Below, one piece after another: positions 7,597 to 17,214 of a stretch of DNA of 31,175 bases; the stretch's first letter is position 1, and the number at the start of each line of letters is the position of its first letter. The notes beneath the pieces were generated by a model. The model was given only the letters and a program-made list of their open reading frames with translations, had not been told where the DNA came from and did not search any database. The translations under genes were made by a program, and so were the position numbers. Source of the DNA: Chlamydiales bacterium (GTDB lineage: Bacteria > Chlamydiota > Chlamydiia > Chlamydiales > JAAKFR01); contig JBIOXR010000105.1 of assembly GCA_044869735.1 (NCBI GenBank), positions 1 through 31,175 of the forward strand, in the 5' to 3' direction.

Positions 7597-8670
7597 ATGA
7601 ATTTCAAATCAACCACTGCTCTCCTTGTGGGGAGTGGTGCATTAGTTGGACTATTGATCGGCGCTCTGGGGGTTATTCTTGGGGAAAAAAGAAATTCCCC
7701 AAATCCTATCCCATATCCACCCCCGCTCTGCCCTTTTGAAAATTGCATAGCGGCGGTCGGATGCATTCAACCTCTTAGAGATGAGCTTTGGATTGGAGTT
7801 CCTTTTGCTGAGGTCATTCAAGATGTTTATGTACAAGAAGGCGATGTCATCCCCAAAGGAGGCAGACTCTTCTCTCTATGCACCACTGCATTAGAAGCAA
7901 AAAAAAATCAAGCTAAAGCCGCGTTTACCACTGCTCTAGCTGAATATTCGCTACAGTTGTCACTACCGAGGGCAGAGACGATTCCCCCTCTAGAAGCTGC
8001 ACTAGAAGCTGCTAATGCTGAATACGAAGACTCACTCAAACACTATGAGCTTTACAAAAATGTCGATGAACCAAAAGCGATCAGTTTGGATGAATTAAAC
8101 CAGAGGATGTGGGCGGCCATTGCCGCCAAATTCAGAAAAGAACATGCAAGGGCCAATCTCGAGCTCGTAGAATCAGGAGCTTGGGTGAAAGATATTGAGA
8201 TTGCCAGAGCGAGGGTAATAGAGGCCAAGGCATGGATCGATGCTGTTGAAATCGAAATCGCTCGAGCGATCATCCGAGCTCCCTGTGATGGAGAAGTGCT
8301 TCAAATTAATATAAATGAAGGAGAAGCTGTTTCGGGGACGACAGTTCTGACACAACCTCATATCCGTTTTGGAGATACCCATCGATTCAGAATCTTGGTC
8401 AATATTGACGAAGAACAAATCTGGAGAGTGATAAAAGGCGCTAAGGCTAGAGCTTTTGCAAGAGGAAACAGCTCCATTTACGTCGATCTCGATTTTAATC
8501 GAATACAACCACTAGTTGTTCCAAAACAAGCGATTGCGAATCAACCTAAAGAACTGGTCGATGTTCGGGTTTTACAAGTGATCTATGAATTCGATCGAAA
8601 CGACCTCCCTTTTTACGTGGGTGAGCTCGTCGATGTTTATTTGGAAGGGAAACCCGATGAGATTACTTAA
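7597..8670 (+). CDS. HlyD/DevB-like membrane-fusion (periplasmic adaptor) protein
   Basis: N-terminal TM anchor; lipoyl-like halves EVIQDVYVQEGDVIPKGGRLF and IIRAPCDGEVLQININEGE flanking a coiled coil; DVRVLQVIY near the C-terminus. Confidence 0.88.
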   Translation: MNFKSTTALLVGSGALVGLLIGALGVILGEKRNSPNPIPYPPPLCPFENCIAAVGCIQPLRDELWIGVPFAEVIQDVYVQEGDVIPKGGRLFSLCTTALEAKKNQAKAAFTTALAEYSLQLSLPRAETIPPLEAALEAANAEYEDSLKHYELYKNVDEPKAISLDELNQRMWAAIAAKFRKEHARANLELVESGAWVKDIEIARARVIEAKAWIDAVEIEIARAIIRAPCDGEVLQININEGEAVSGTTVLTQPHIRFGDTHRFRILVNIDEEQIWRVIKGAKARAFARGNSSIYVDLDFNRIQPLVVPKQAIANQPKELVDVRVLQVIYEFDRNDLPFYVGELVDVYLEGKPDEIT

Positions 8671-10069
8671 ATTTATCCTCTCTGTAGCACCTTTTCTTTT
8701 ACATGGTTGTGCCCATTTTTACTGCCCTGTATGCCGAGTGCCTTCTTGTTATATAGAAACTCCACAAGAGACGCCTATAGAATGTAGCTATGCACTCTGC
8801 CAGTGGTGGGAGCAATTTAATGACCCCCAACTAGTCTCCCTTGTACAAGAAGCGATTGCCTGCAATTATGATTTCCGCATTGCCTTGGAAAAAATATGTG
8901 TTTCCAGAGGATGTTATCAGCAAGAATTCGGACGCCTTCTCCCACAACTTGATTTAGATTTTTCAGTCACCCGCACCAGAAACAGCGAAACGTTGGCCAA
9001 CTCCGAATTCTTGGGTGCGACTTTTGTGAATTACTTTTTAGCAGGCTTTGACGCTTTCTGGGAAATCGATCTCTTTGGCAAAAATTGGAATGCCAAAGAG
9101 GCTGCTTTGTTCGATTTTTTTCAATCGAGAGAGCATGCGCGTGATGTTTTAATCACTTTAATTAGCGAAGTTGCAGAGAGTTACATCACCCTCTTGGCCA
9201 TTGTAGATCTTCAGAAAATAGCCTTGAGCCATATTGAAAATGAAAAACAACTCGTCATGGTAACTGATGCTCGTTATGAAGGGGGCTTGACCGATGCAGT
9301 AGATGCATTAAGAGCTAAAGCTCTTCTCGATGAGAAAGAGAGTGCTTACCACCAACTCGAACACCTAAAAAAGGCAGAGATCTTTCGCATTGGCACCCTT
9401 CTGGGGCGTCCTCCTGAAGAAGTGGCCTGTTCTTTCCAACATTTACCCTCTTTGCCTCTAGTCGAAGGGATTATTCCTCTAGGACTGCCTTCCGATCTCC
9501 TCTGTCGCCGGCCAGACATCCGCCAGGCCGAATATAAACTCCATGCCGCTGGCGCGCGACTTTTAGAGGCCCAAAAGCAATTACTTCCCACGATTTCTTT
9601 AACAGCAACTTTTGAGTGGCTGACTCGAAGCTTGCCTCTCCTCTTCAAACCCGATAGTCGCAATTGGATGGGAGGCCCTGCTGGTTTAACAATGCCCATT
9701 TTTGAAGGTGGCATCTTGCGCGGGAATATCATTGTAAAAAATGCTAGGCAAAGAAGCGCGGCATTAAATTATGAAAGAGCCTTTATCTTTGCCTTGCAAG
9801 AGGTGGAAACCACAATGACGACTTATGTGGAAGAGATGAAAAAAGTGTTCTACCTAAAAGATGAGGTTGCCTCCAACAAGGAGGCTCGCGAGCTTGCCGA
9901 AATTCTCTATTTCAATGGAGTGGGGGACTTCAAGCTCGTCATTGATATTGAAAGGGATCTTTTTGATGCCGAAATACGTCTTGCTGAAAGCAAACGCAAC
10001 GCCATGGCTAATCTGATTGCTCTTTATAAAGCTCTCGGAGGGGGTTGGGAATGTATCGATTTGCAGTAA
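8657..10069 (+). CDS. TolC/OprM (NodT-type) outer-membrane efflux lipoprotein
   Basis: Lipobox FLLHGC after the ATG at 8657; WWEQFNDPQL, WEIDLFG, PSDLLCRRPDIRQAE and C-terminal LYKALGGGW motifs. Confidence 0.92.
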   Translation: MRLLKFILSVAPFLLHGCAHFYCPVCRVPSCYIETPQETPIECSYALCQWWEQFNDPQLVSLVQEAIACNYDFRIALEKICVSRGCYQQEFGRLLPQLDLDFSVTRTRNSETLANSEFLGATFVNYFLAGFDAFWEIDLFGKNWNAKEAALFDFFQSREHARDVLITLISEVAESYITLLAIVDLQKIALSHIENEKQLVMVTDARYEGGLTDAVDALRAKALLDEKESAYHQLEHLKKAEIFRIGTLLGRPPEEVACSFQHLPSLPLVEGIIPLGLPSDLLCRRPDIRQAEYKLHAAGARLLEAQKQLLPTISLTATFEWLTRSLPLLFKPDSRNWMGGPAGLTMPIFEGGILRGNIIVKNARQRSAALNYERAFIFALQEVETTMTTYVEEMKKVFYLKDEVASNKEARELAEILYFNGVGDFKLVIDIERDLFDAEIRLAESKRNAMANLIALYKALGGGWECIDLQ

Positions 10070-11121
10070 AATTGTTATTTAAAGACAAAAAAAAATTTCT
10101 CACCTTTTTGTTCGGCTTGACATTCATTACCTTCATCATCATCCAACAGATGGCACTTCTTCTTGGCTTAATGGGACGCACTTACGGATTCATTAGCGAC
10201 ACCCATCAACCCAACATTTGGGTCATGGATAAAAATACCAAGAGCGTTGAGGAGATCATCCCCATGCAAATCAACAATCTTTACAAAGTAAGGAGTATTC
10301 CAGGAGTCGAGTGGGCGGTCCCCCTCTATAAAGGAAAAAATCGCATTCGGTTCAAGTCTGGTGATGAAAAAATGTGTCATCTCATTGGCATCGATGACTC
10401 TACACTTATTGGAGCCCCTCCCAAAATGCGCAAAGGGCAAGTAAAAGATTTACGAAAACCCGATGCGATTTTTCTCGATCAACCCTTGGGCAACATTGGG
10501 GAGAGAGTCGAAATTAATGACCATCGTGCTATCATTGAAGGTTTTTGCCACATCTCAAAACCCCTTCACGAAATACCCACTATCTATACTTCCTTTAAAC
10601 GAGCCTTAGAGTTTTCACCTCCAGAAAGAGAGCTCCTCTCTTTTGTATTAGTGAAAGCGAAACCGCATGAATCATTACAAGCGCTCTGCAATCGCATTAA
10701 AGCGCAGACCGGGTTAGCGGCATATACTTCTCCAAAATTGAAACAACAGACTCTTGATTATTATTTCCGCCATCTTTCCCTTTTCCCTAGTTTTTCCTTT
10801 GTTCTCCTCCTCGGTTTGCTTTTGTCGCTGTTTGTCGCAGGCTCTATGGTATCTCAATTTATGTGCTCTTCTTGGAAACGATGGGGAGTGTTCTCCCACC
10901 AACGATCCCTATGGAAAGTGCGGTATTTCCAAGCTCTTCTCATTTCTTTTTTCGCAGGAGGGATCGCTATTGGTCTTGCCAGCTTACCGATGTTTTTTCC
11001 CCATAAAGAAATGGCCTATAAAATGACCGGCTCTCTCTATTTTGGAAGTCTTGCCCTTTTATTATGCGTCGTTTTTTTCGCTACTTTCTTTAAGAGGGTG
11101 TTTACAACTACTTTTTATTAA
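10051..11121 (+). CDS. MacB/FtsX (DevC)-like ABC transporter permease, divergent C-terminal half
   Basis: N-terminal TM followed by a periplasmic domain (IWVMD, KVRSIPGVEWAVP, IGIDDSTLIGAP) and C-terminal TM segments. No ATPase gene next to it. Confidence 0.8.
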   Translation: MYRFAVKLLFKDKKKFLTFLFGLTFITFIIIQQMALLLGLMGRTYGFISDTHQPNIWVMDKNTKSVEEIIPMQINNLYKVRSIPGVEWAVPLYKGKNRIRFKSGDEKMCHLIGIDDSTLIGAPPKMRKGQVKDLRKPDAIFLDQPLGNIGERVEINDHRAIIEGFCHISKPLHEIPTIYTSFKRALEFSPPERELLSFVLVKAKPHESLQALCNRIKAQTGLAAYTSPKLKQQTLDYYFRHLSLFPSFSFVLLLGLLLSLFVAGSMVSQFMCSSWKRWGVFSHQRSLWKVRYFQALLISFFAGGIAIGLASLPMFFPHKEMAYKMTGSLYFGSLALLLCVVFFATFFKRVFTTTFY

Positions 11122-12310
11122 CAGACCATACCCCTTTTGCCGCTTGGATTTTATTTAATGCAGTGTTAGTCCAAACGATGAAAGCATTTCCTTTCTGGTC
11201 GATGCTTACATTGGGGTGCTTTGACTCTTGAGTGGAAGGAGAGACTTCAAAAGGTGTGGACCAATTAGCTCCATTGAAGGAGCATGCTTTCACACTTCCC
11301 TGATCTTCCCATACAACAACAGTTCTTCCCAAAAGATCCATATCGATACATACAGAGCTGCCGGTCGATTTCTTTGTCGACGCGATAGAGCGAGGAGACA
11401 CCCATCCCTTTCCGTTAAAACGGGCCACTTGGATAGTGTTTAAGGTCTGGTTTTCCCATGCTACCAAAGCTCCTCTCGATTCTTTTAATTTAAAGCAAGG
11501 AGGTCCAACTATGTGCCCTGAGGGGGATATATTTTGCGGGTTACTCCAAGAGGTACCATTATAAAAGGAAGCTTGAATGGTTTGCGTGGACATATTACTC
11601 CATAGAAGTAAGGCTATACCCGAGGAATCGAGGGAGATTCTTGGAAAAGCACAATCTGTTCCTGCCAAAGAGATAGGAGAAATCATCGAGCCCTGCTCTC
11701 CAATAAAATAAGCGACTTGTATTTCTCGCGTCGTCTCGTCGATCCAGGTTATCATGGCTGACCCATCCTCTTGTACGCTTATATCAGGATGGGCGACTTG
11801 AGATTTCGTCCAAGAGATATCTTCCGGTTCTATCCATCTTTTTCCATCAAAGCGCGCGATCTGAATTATCTTTAGCTCATGATTATCCCAAGCTGCAAAA
11901 GCCATGCCGTGGGTGTTCATCCCCAATTTCGGAGTGGTTGCTCTCTCATAAAGACTCGATATATTCCATGGCGGGGACCAGTTTTTCTCTTCGTAGAAGA
12001 CCCCTTGGATGCAATCGTAAATAGTATTGTCCCAAATCACAAGGGCTCGCCCCAGTGCATCCATTGCCACCTGTGGATCGTAGCTCATTTCCGTAGATAG
12101 ATGGGTCTCTGCTTCCCATGTGCTCCCATTGAAAATGGCAGCATCGATTCCACCGGAAACCCCTTCCCACGCTGCAATAGCCTTTCCTTCATAGGCGGCG
12201 ACACGCGGTTTGTGCCCCTCTCGGCCCAGGTCTACGGGCGCTTCCCAACGAAAACTGCCATACATAGGAAGGGCGAAGGAGAGCAAAAAAAGTAAAAAAA
12301 GCTGTACCAC
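11108..12310 (-). CDS. Secreted repeat protein, probable 8-bladed beta-propeller
   Basis: GTG start and signal-peptide-like N-terminus. Eight ~45-aa repeats with consensus W-x-x-P-x-x-(I/L)S...P-x-(I/V)-x-x-D-x-x-G-x-A-x-x-x-W...IQ-x-x-x-F-x-G. Confidence 0.75.
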   Translation of the reverse strand: MVQLFLLFLLSFALPMYGSFRWEAPVDLGREGHKPRVAAYEGKAIAAWEGVSGGIDAAIFNGSTWEAETHLSTEMSYDPQVAMDALGRALVIWDNTIYDCIQGVFYEEKNWSPPWNISSLYERATTPKLGMNTHGMAFAAWDNHELKIIQIARFDGKRWIEPEDISWTKSQVAHPDISVQEDGSAMITWIDETTREIQVAYFIGEQGSMISPISLAGTDCAFPRISLDSSGIALLLWSNMSTQTIQASFYNGTSWSNPQNISPSGHIVGPPCFKLKESRGALVAWENQTLNTIQVARFNGKGWVSPRSIASTKKSTGSSVCIDMDLLGRTVVVWEDQGSVKACSFNGANWSTPFEVSPSTQESKHPNVSIDQKGNAFIVWTNTALNKIQAAKGVWSVNKK

Positions 12311-12360
12311 GTCGCAAATTTTAATTTCATATTAAGATAAAAAGCAAAAAAAACTGGTTC

Positions 12361-12369
12361 TGATATAAT
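12361..12369 (+). promoter_or_regulatory. Extended -10 element upstream of polA
   Basis: TG-A-TATAAT at 12361-12369, ending 7 nt before the polA ATG (12377); no SD in between. Confidence 0.5.
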
Positions 12370-12376
12370 TCAACCC

Positions 12377-15052
12377 ATGTCGAAAAAACTTTACATCTTG
12401 GACGTTTCGGGGTTTATCTTTAGAGCCTATTTTGCTCTTCCTCCAATGACAAATCCCCAAGGTGAGGCCACACAAGCTCTTTATGGGTTTATCCGCTCTG
12501 TTCTGAAGCTGTTCAAAGATTTTTCACCTGAACACATTGTTGCTGTATTTGACGGTCCCGACAATAAAAAAGTCCGGCAAGAAATCTACGAAAAATATAA
12601 ATCAAACCGTGTCCGCGCACAACCAGATCTTCCTCCACAGATCGAATGGGCCAAACGCTTCTGTGAACTTAGCGGAATTCCCCATGTAGAAGTACCCGGA
12701 GTTGAGGCCGACGATACGATGGGAAGCATTGCCCAATGGGCTGCTAAAGAGGGGAACGACATCTATATTTGCACAAGCGACAAAGATCTTGGCCAACTCG
12801 TCGGCACAAATATTTTTCTCATCAATCCATGGAAAGAGAATCTCATCGTCGATCGAAAAAAAGTTGAAGAACTCTACGGAGTCCCTCCAGAGCAAATCAT
12901 CGACCTGCTGGCTATTATGGGAGATTCCTCTGACAATATTCCCGGCCTTACGGGATTCGGTCCAAAAACAGCGGTAGCGCTGTTAAAGGAGTTTGGCTCT
13001 CTTGAGAATCTAATGAAAAATATCGACAAAGTGAGTGGGGCTAAAAAACAAGAAACACTAAAAACCGAATCGGAAATGGCTTATCTCAGCCAACGGTTGG
13101 CAACCATCCACACCGATATCCCTTTTGAAAAAGACCCCTCCTTTTTTTCTCCGCGAACTCCCGAGTTAGAAGGACTAAAAGAATTCTATCAACAGATGAG
13201 TTTCAACTCTCTACTCCGCGAATTAGACACCTACCTAGAAAAAGAAGGGAAAAAAACTCTCGAAGAAGAGAAGGTACGTTATACTATTGTCGAAAGCGAA
13301 GAGAAGCTCGATGAGCTATTACATAAGCTTTCTCAGGAAAAAGAAATCGCTGTAGATGTAGAGGCGACCTCACTCCATCCTCTTGTCGCACTCCCCGTGG
13401 GGATCGGTTTGGGATACCGCGAAGGAGAGGCATGGTATCTTCCCTTCAATGGAAAACTCGATAGCCGACTCCTGATTTCGAAACTAAAGCCGTTTTTCGA
13501 AAATAAGACCCTCCGATTTTATGGCCATAACGTAAAATACGATTGCCACGTCCTAGAGAATGTCGGCATCACCATCACCCACCTCTCTTTTGACACCATC
13601 TTGGCCTCCTACCTTCTCAACTCCCACCAAAGGCGTCACTCTCTCGATCATCTCGTTCTCCACTATTTCGGCAAAATAAAAATTCCCTTTAAGTCGCTCA
13701 TAGGATCGGGAAAGAAAGAGATTCCCTTAGACCAAGTACCTATTGCAAAGGTAGCAGATTATTGTTGCGAAGATGTCGATTATACCATCCGATTAAAACA
13801 CCTTCTCGAAAAAGAAATCGACAAGCAGAAAATGGGTCCTCTTCTCTATGAACTTGAGCTCCCTCTTTCTAGAGTCTTGGGAAAAATGGAGCGCGCTGGC
13901 ATTGCTTTAGACGCCTCCTTCTTGCATAAAATGTCAGAGGAGATCAAGCAAGAATTGTTGGAGCTTGAAAAGGAGATCTACCACCTTGCAGGCACTACCT
14001 TCAATATCGCTTCTCCTAAACAACTCTCTGAAATCCTCTTTGAGCGGCTTAAAATAAAACCTTTAAAAAGAACTGCGACGGGCCATTCAACGAGTGCAGA
14101 AGTTTTAGAGGCGATTGCCGCCACTCATCCCATTGCAGAAAAAATTATTTCCTACCGCGTACTCGATAAGCTCCGCTCGACTTATGTCGACGTTCTTCCA
14201 GAGCAAATCGACCCCAATACAGGTAGAATCCATCCTACATTTACCCAATACGTAGCCGCAACTGGGAGGCTGGCTTGCCAAGACCCGAACCTTCAAAATA
14301 TTCCTATACGAAACCCCCTAGGTAAAAAAATCCGCGAGGCTTTTCGACCGGGAAAACGGGGGTGGAGTTACCTCGCTGCTGATTACTCCCAGGTAGAACT
14401 TCGCCTTCTCGCCCATTTTAGCGAGGATCCCCATCTTATCAAGGCTTTCAAAGAGGGAAAAGATATCCATACGCATACCGCCTCGTTAATCTTTGATCTC
14501 CCCTTAGAGAAGGTCTCTAAAGAACAGCGAGAGCAGACAAAGGCCATCAATTTCGGAATTATTTATGGGCAACAGGCCTATGGACTCTCCCAAGAGCTCA
14601 AAATCGACATCAAAAAGGCGGCCGAGTTTATAGACGCCTATTTCAAGCGCTATCCTCGGGTCCTCGGCTTTATTGAAGCGTGTGTGAAAGATGCCTATGA
14701 TACGGGGAAAGTAAGTACCATGATTGGCCGAGAGAGGAAAATCCCCGAAATCCACAGCAACAATGCAGTGGCGAGGGCTGCGGCCGAAAGATTGGCCATC
14801 AACACTCCCCTACAGGGGAGTGCTGCCGATCTTATAAAAATCGCTATGCTTAAGATCGACCATGCCTTGGAAAAAAATAAGATGAATAGCTTTCTCATCC
14901 TTCAAATCCACGACGAGCTCATTTTTGAAGCCCCTGACGAGGAGCTTCCCCTTCTCCAAAAGATAGTCAAAGAGGAAATGGAGGGCGTTTTTAATTTAAA
15001 AGTCCCTCTCGTCGTGCATCTATCCATTGGCAAAAATTGGGGTCAATGTTAA
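12377..15052 (+). CDS. polA: DNA polymerase I
   Basis: 5'-3' exonuclease (FRAYFA, EADD, GDSSDNIPG), 3'-5' exonuclease acidic residues (VDVE, HNVKYD, YCCED) and polymerase motifs (ADYSQVELR, KAINFGIIYG, QIHDEL). Confidence 0.99.
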   Translation: MSKKLYILDVSGFIFRAYFALPPMTNPQGEATQALYGFIRSVLKLFKDFSPEHIVAVFDGPDNKKVRQEIYEKYKSNRVRAQPDLPPQIEWAKRFCELSGIPHVEVPGVEADDTMGSIAQWAAKEGNDIYICTSDKDLGQLVGTNIFLINPWKENLIVDRKKVEELYGVPPEQIIDLLAIMGDSSDNIPGLTGFGPKTAVALLKEFGSLENLMKNIDKVSGAKKQETLKTESEMAYLSQRLATIHTDIPFEKDPSFFSPRTPELEGLKEFYQQMSFNSLLRELDTYLEKEGKKTLEEEKVRYTIVESEEKLDELLHKLSQEKEIAVDVEATSLHPLVALPVGIGLGYREGEAWYLPFNGKLDSRLLISKLKPFFENKTLRFYGHNVKYDCHVLENVGITITHLSFDTILASYLLNSHQRRHSLDHLVLHYFGKIKIPFKSLIGSGKKEIPLDQVPIAKVADYCCEDVDYTIRLKHLLEKEIDKQKMGPLLYELELPLSRVLGKMERAGIALDASFLHKMSEEIKQELLELEKEIYHLAGTTFNIASPKQLSEILFERLKIKPLKRTATGHSTSAEVLEAIAATHPIAEKIISYRVLDKLRSTYVDVLPEQIDPNTGRIHPTFTQYVAATGRLACQDPNLQNIPIRNPLGKKIREAFRPGKRGWSYLAADYSQVELRLLAHFSEDPHLIKAFKEGKDIHTHTASLIFDLPLEKVSKEQREQTKAINFGIIYGQQAYGLSQELKIDIKKAAEFIDAYFKRYPRVLGFIEACVKDAYDTGKVSTMIGRERKIPEIHSNNAVARAAAERLAINTPLQGSAADLIKIAMLKIDHALEKNKMNSFLILQIHDELIFEAPDEELPLLQKIVKEEMEGVFNLKVPLVVHLSIGKNWGQC

Positions 15053-15672
15053 AATTGAGAAAAGTTGCGGTCACAGGGACAGTAGCGTCTGGCAAATCAT
15101 CTGTTTGCCGGATCTTAGAAAAATATGGCGCTTACGTTGTAAGCGCTGATAACATCGTTCATGAGTTTCTAAAATCCGATAAAAACCTAAATAGGAAAGT
15201 TATTCAACTTCTTGGTTCAGACGTTGTCGTCGGCAAAAACATAGACAGAGCTGAAATTGCAAAAAAAGTTTTTTCTAATGAAGAGCTTTTACAAAAGCTA
15301 GAAATGGTGATACATCCCGAAGTTAAAAAAGAGTTAGAGCGGCTTTATAAAGCTGCTGTCGCTAGAGGAGAGCACCGCTTTTTTGTGGCTGAGATCCCTT
15401 TGCTATTTGAATGTGGGTGGGAAGAATCTTACGACGCTACCATTGCTGTACTTGCAAACAAAGAGATCTGTAAACAGCGCTTCTTATCGCAAAATAAAGG
15501 GGGAGAAGACCAATTCGATCGACGGAATCGAAGGATGCTCTCTCCTGAAGAAAAAGCAAGGCGAGCCGACTTTGTGATCATCAACGAAGGATCGCTAGAA
15601 AATTTAGAACAACAAGTTAAATCAACCATCACCCTTTTAGAGGCATCAAATGGAAAAAGAGACAGAAAATAA
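15046..15672 (+). CDS. coaE: Dephospho-CoA kinase
   Basis: [22 protein letters not shown] and EIPLLFE motifs; start overlaps the polA stop. Confidence 0.95.
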   Translation: MLKLRKVAVTGTVASGKSSVCRILEKYGAYVVSADNIVHEFLKSDKNLNRKVIQLLGSDVVVGKNIDRAEIAKKVFSNEELLQKLEMVIHPEVKKELERLYKAAVARGEHRFFVAEIPLLFECGWEESYDATIAVLANKEICKQRFLSQNKGGEDQFDRRNRRMLSPEEKARRADFVIINEGSLENLEQQVKSTITLLEASNGKRDRK

Positions 15673-17023
15673 TCAGGTGACACAACCTTTTCCAGAAAGG
15701 AGAGGTCCCCTTCCTCCACCTCCTTTTGAACCCATTGAAAAAGAGATTGAGCCCACCACACCTGTCAAACTCACCAAGATCTCTGATATCCAGAGAATGA
15801 ATATCGAAGAACTCAACCAATTTGCTCGCAACGTCGGCGTGAAGCACATTGGATCCCTCACAAAATCACAGCTTGTTTTCGAAGTGGTAAAAACGCTCTC
15901 CGAGCGGCCCGATGAAATGCTCTATGGAGAAGGTGTCCTCGAGGTGCTCCCCGATGGCTTTGGATTCCTCCGCTCCCCGATGTATAATTATCTCCCCTCC
16001 GCTGAAGATATCTATGTCTCGCCAGCCCAAATCCGTCGTTTTGACCTGAAAACAGGAGATACTATTTCAGGAACGATCCGTTCCCCACGTGAAAAGGAGA
16101 AATATTTTGCCCTTCTCAAAGTAGATACGATTAATGGAGTACAGCCCGACAAAACCAAAGAGAGAGTTTTCTTTGAAAACCTTACCCCTCTTTATCCCAA
16201 TGAACGCCTTGTCATGGAGACGGCAAAAGATCGTATCTCTATGCGCGTTCTCGACCTCACTGCTCCTATTGGAAAAGGGCAGCGCGCCCTCATCGTAGCC
16301 CCTCCGCGCTCTGGAAAAACGGTCATTTTGCAAAACATCGCCCATGCGATTGCCGTGAATAATCCCAAAGTATTGCTCATCGTCTTGATGATTGGAGAAC
16401 GACCCGAAGAGGTCACCGACATGAGCCGCCAGGTTAAAGGAGAAGTCATTGCCTCTACCTTCGATGAACCCCCTGAAAGGCACGTCCAAGTGGCCGAGAT
16501 GGTGATAGAAAAAGCGCGACGCATGGTGGAGCAGGGACAAGATGTCGTCATTCTCCTCGACTCTATCACGCGGCTTGCAAGAGCTTACAATACCGTGCAG
16601 CCCCATTCGGGCAAAATCCTCTCTGGTGGTGTCGACGCCAATGCTTTACATAAGCCCAAGCGCTTTTTTGGTGCCGCGCGCAATATCGAAAATGGCGGAT
16701 CGCTCACAATCATTGGTACAGCCCTCATCGAAACGGGCTCGCGTATGGACGAGGTGATTTTCGAAGAGTTCAAAGGCACGGGCAACATGGAGCTCGTTCT
16801 TGACCGAAGACTCGCCGATCGTCGTGTATGGCCAGCGATCGACCTCATCAAGAGCGGTACGAGAAAAGAAGAGCTCCTCTTCCACCCCCATGAGCTCGAA
16901 AAAGTCTATGCGCTACGCCAGGCGTTGGCCGATCTCACTCCGCTCGACGCCATGAACCTCTTGCTCGGACGTCTCAAAAAGACCAACAGCAACGCCGAAT
17001 TCTTGCTTTCATTCAAGGAGTAG
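15650..17023 (+). CDS. rho: Transcription termination factor Rho
   Basis: [45 protein letters not shown] and EFKGTGNME motifs. Confidence 0.99.
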   Translation: MEKETENNQVTQPFPERRGPLPPPPFEPIEKEIEPTTPVKLTKISDIQRMNIEELNQFARNVGVKHIGSLTKSQLVFEVVKTLSERPDEMLYGEGVLEVLPDGFGFLRSPMYNYLPSAEDIYVSPAQIRRFDLKTGDTISGTIRSPREKEKYFALLKVDTINGVQPDKTKERVFFENLTPLYPNERLVMETAKDRISMRVLDLTAPIGKGQRALIVAPPRSGKTVILQNIAHAIAVNNPKVLLIVLMIGERPEEVTDMSRQVKGEVIASTFDEPPERHVQVAEMVIEKARRMVEQGQDVVILLDSITRLARAYNTVQPHSGKILSGGVDANALHKPKRFFGAARNIENGGSLTIIGTALIETGSRMDEVIFEEFKGTGNMELVLDRRLADRRVWPAIDLIKSGTRKEELLFHPHELEKVYALRQALADLTPLDAMNLLLGRLKKTNSNAEFLLSFKE

Positions 17024-17042
17024 TAAAGAAAAATAAGAAATG

Positions 17043-17132
17043 CGGAAAGAGAGGGATTCGAACCCTCGATACCCCTTAACAGGGTATGCGTCCTTAGCAG
17101 GGACGTGCTTTCGGCCACTCAGCCATCTTTCC
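17043..17132 (-). tRNA. tRNA-Ser(GCT), long variable arm, CCA not encoded
   Basis: Minus strand reads GGAAAGATGGCTGAGTGGCCGAAAGCA-CGTCC-CTGCTAA-GGACG-CATACCCTGTTAAGGGGTATC-GAGGGTTCGAATCCCTC-TCTTTCC-G: 7-bp acceptor stem, anticodon GCT, TTCGAAT T-loop, discriminator G followed by CAT. Confidence 0.97.
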
Positions 17133-17144
17133 AGAGGAGGAAGA

Positions 17145-17173
17145 AGCATAGGAAGAATCCCCTTTTTGGGCAA
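17145..17173 (-). promoter_or_regulatory. Putative sigma66 promoter of tRNA-Ser
   Basis: Minus strand TTGCCC (17173-17168), 17-nt spacer, TATGCT (17150-17145). Confidence 0.65.
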
Positions 17174-17177
17174 CGAG

Positions 17178-17207
17178 TTTACAATTTGGAGAGAAATGGG
17201 TTATTGT
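17178..17207 (+). promoter_or_regulatory. Putative promoter of dnaB, back-to-back with the tRNA promoter
   Basis: TTTACA (17178-17183), 18-nt spacer, TATTGT (17202-17207), ending 7 nt before the ATG at 17215. Confidence 0.45.
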
Positions 17208-17214
17208 GGCGGGC

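Noticed and set aside
7379-7739. ORFs 7379..7573 (-) and 7521..7739 (+) as real genes
   Set aside because: They run through the palindromic element or overlap the adaptor gene, with no recognisable motifs; best explained as by-products.
8585-8656. Upstream start of the TolC-like gene at 8585
   Set aside because: The ATG at 8657 gives a normal signal peptide and lipobox; the longer version overlaps the adaptor gene by 86 bp.
17024-17042. Intrinsic terminators after rho, dnaQ, pgk and mnmG
   Set aside because: No convincing GC-rich hairpin followed by a U-tract was found at these gene ends.
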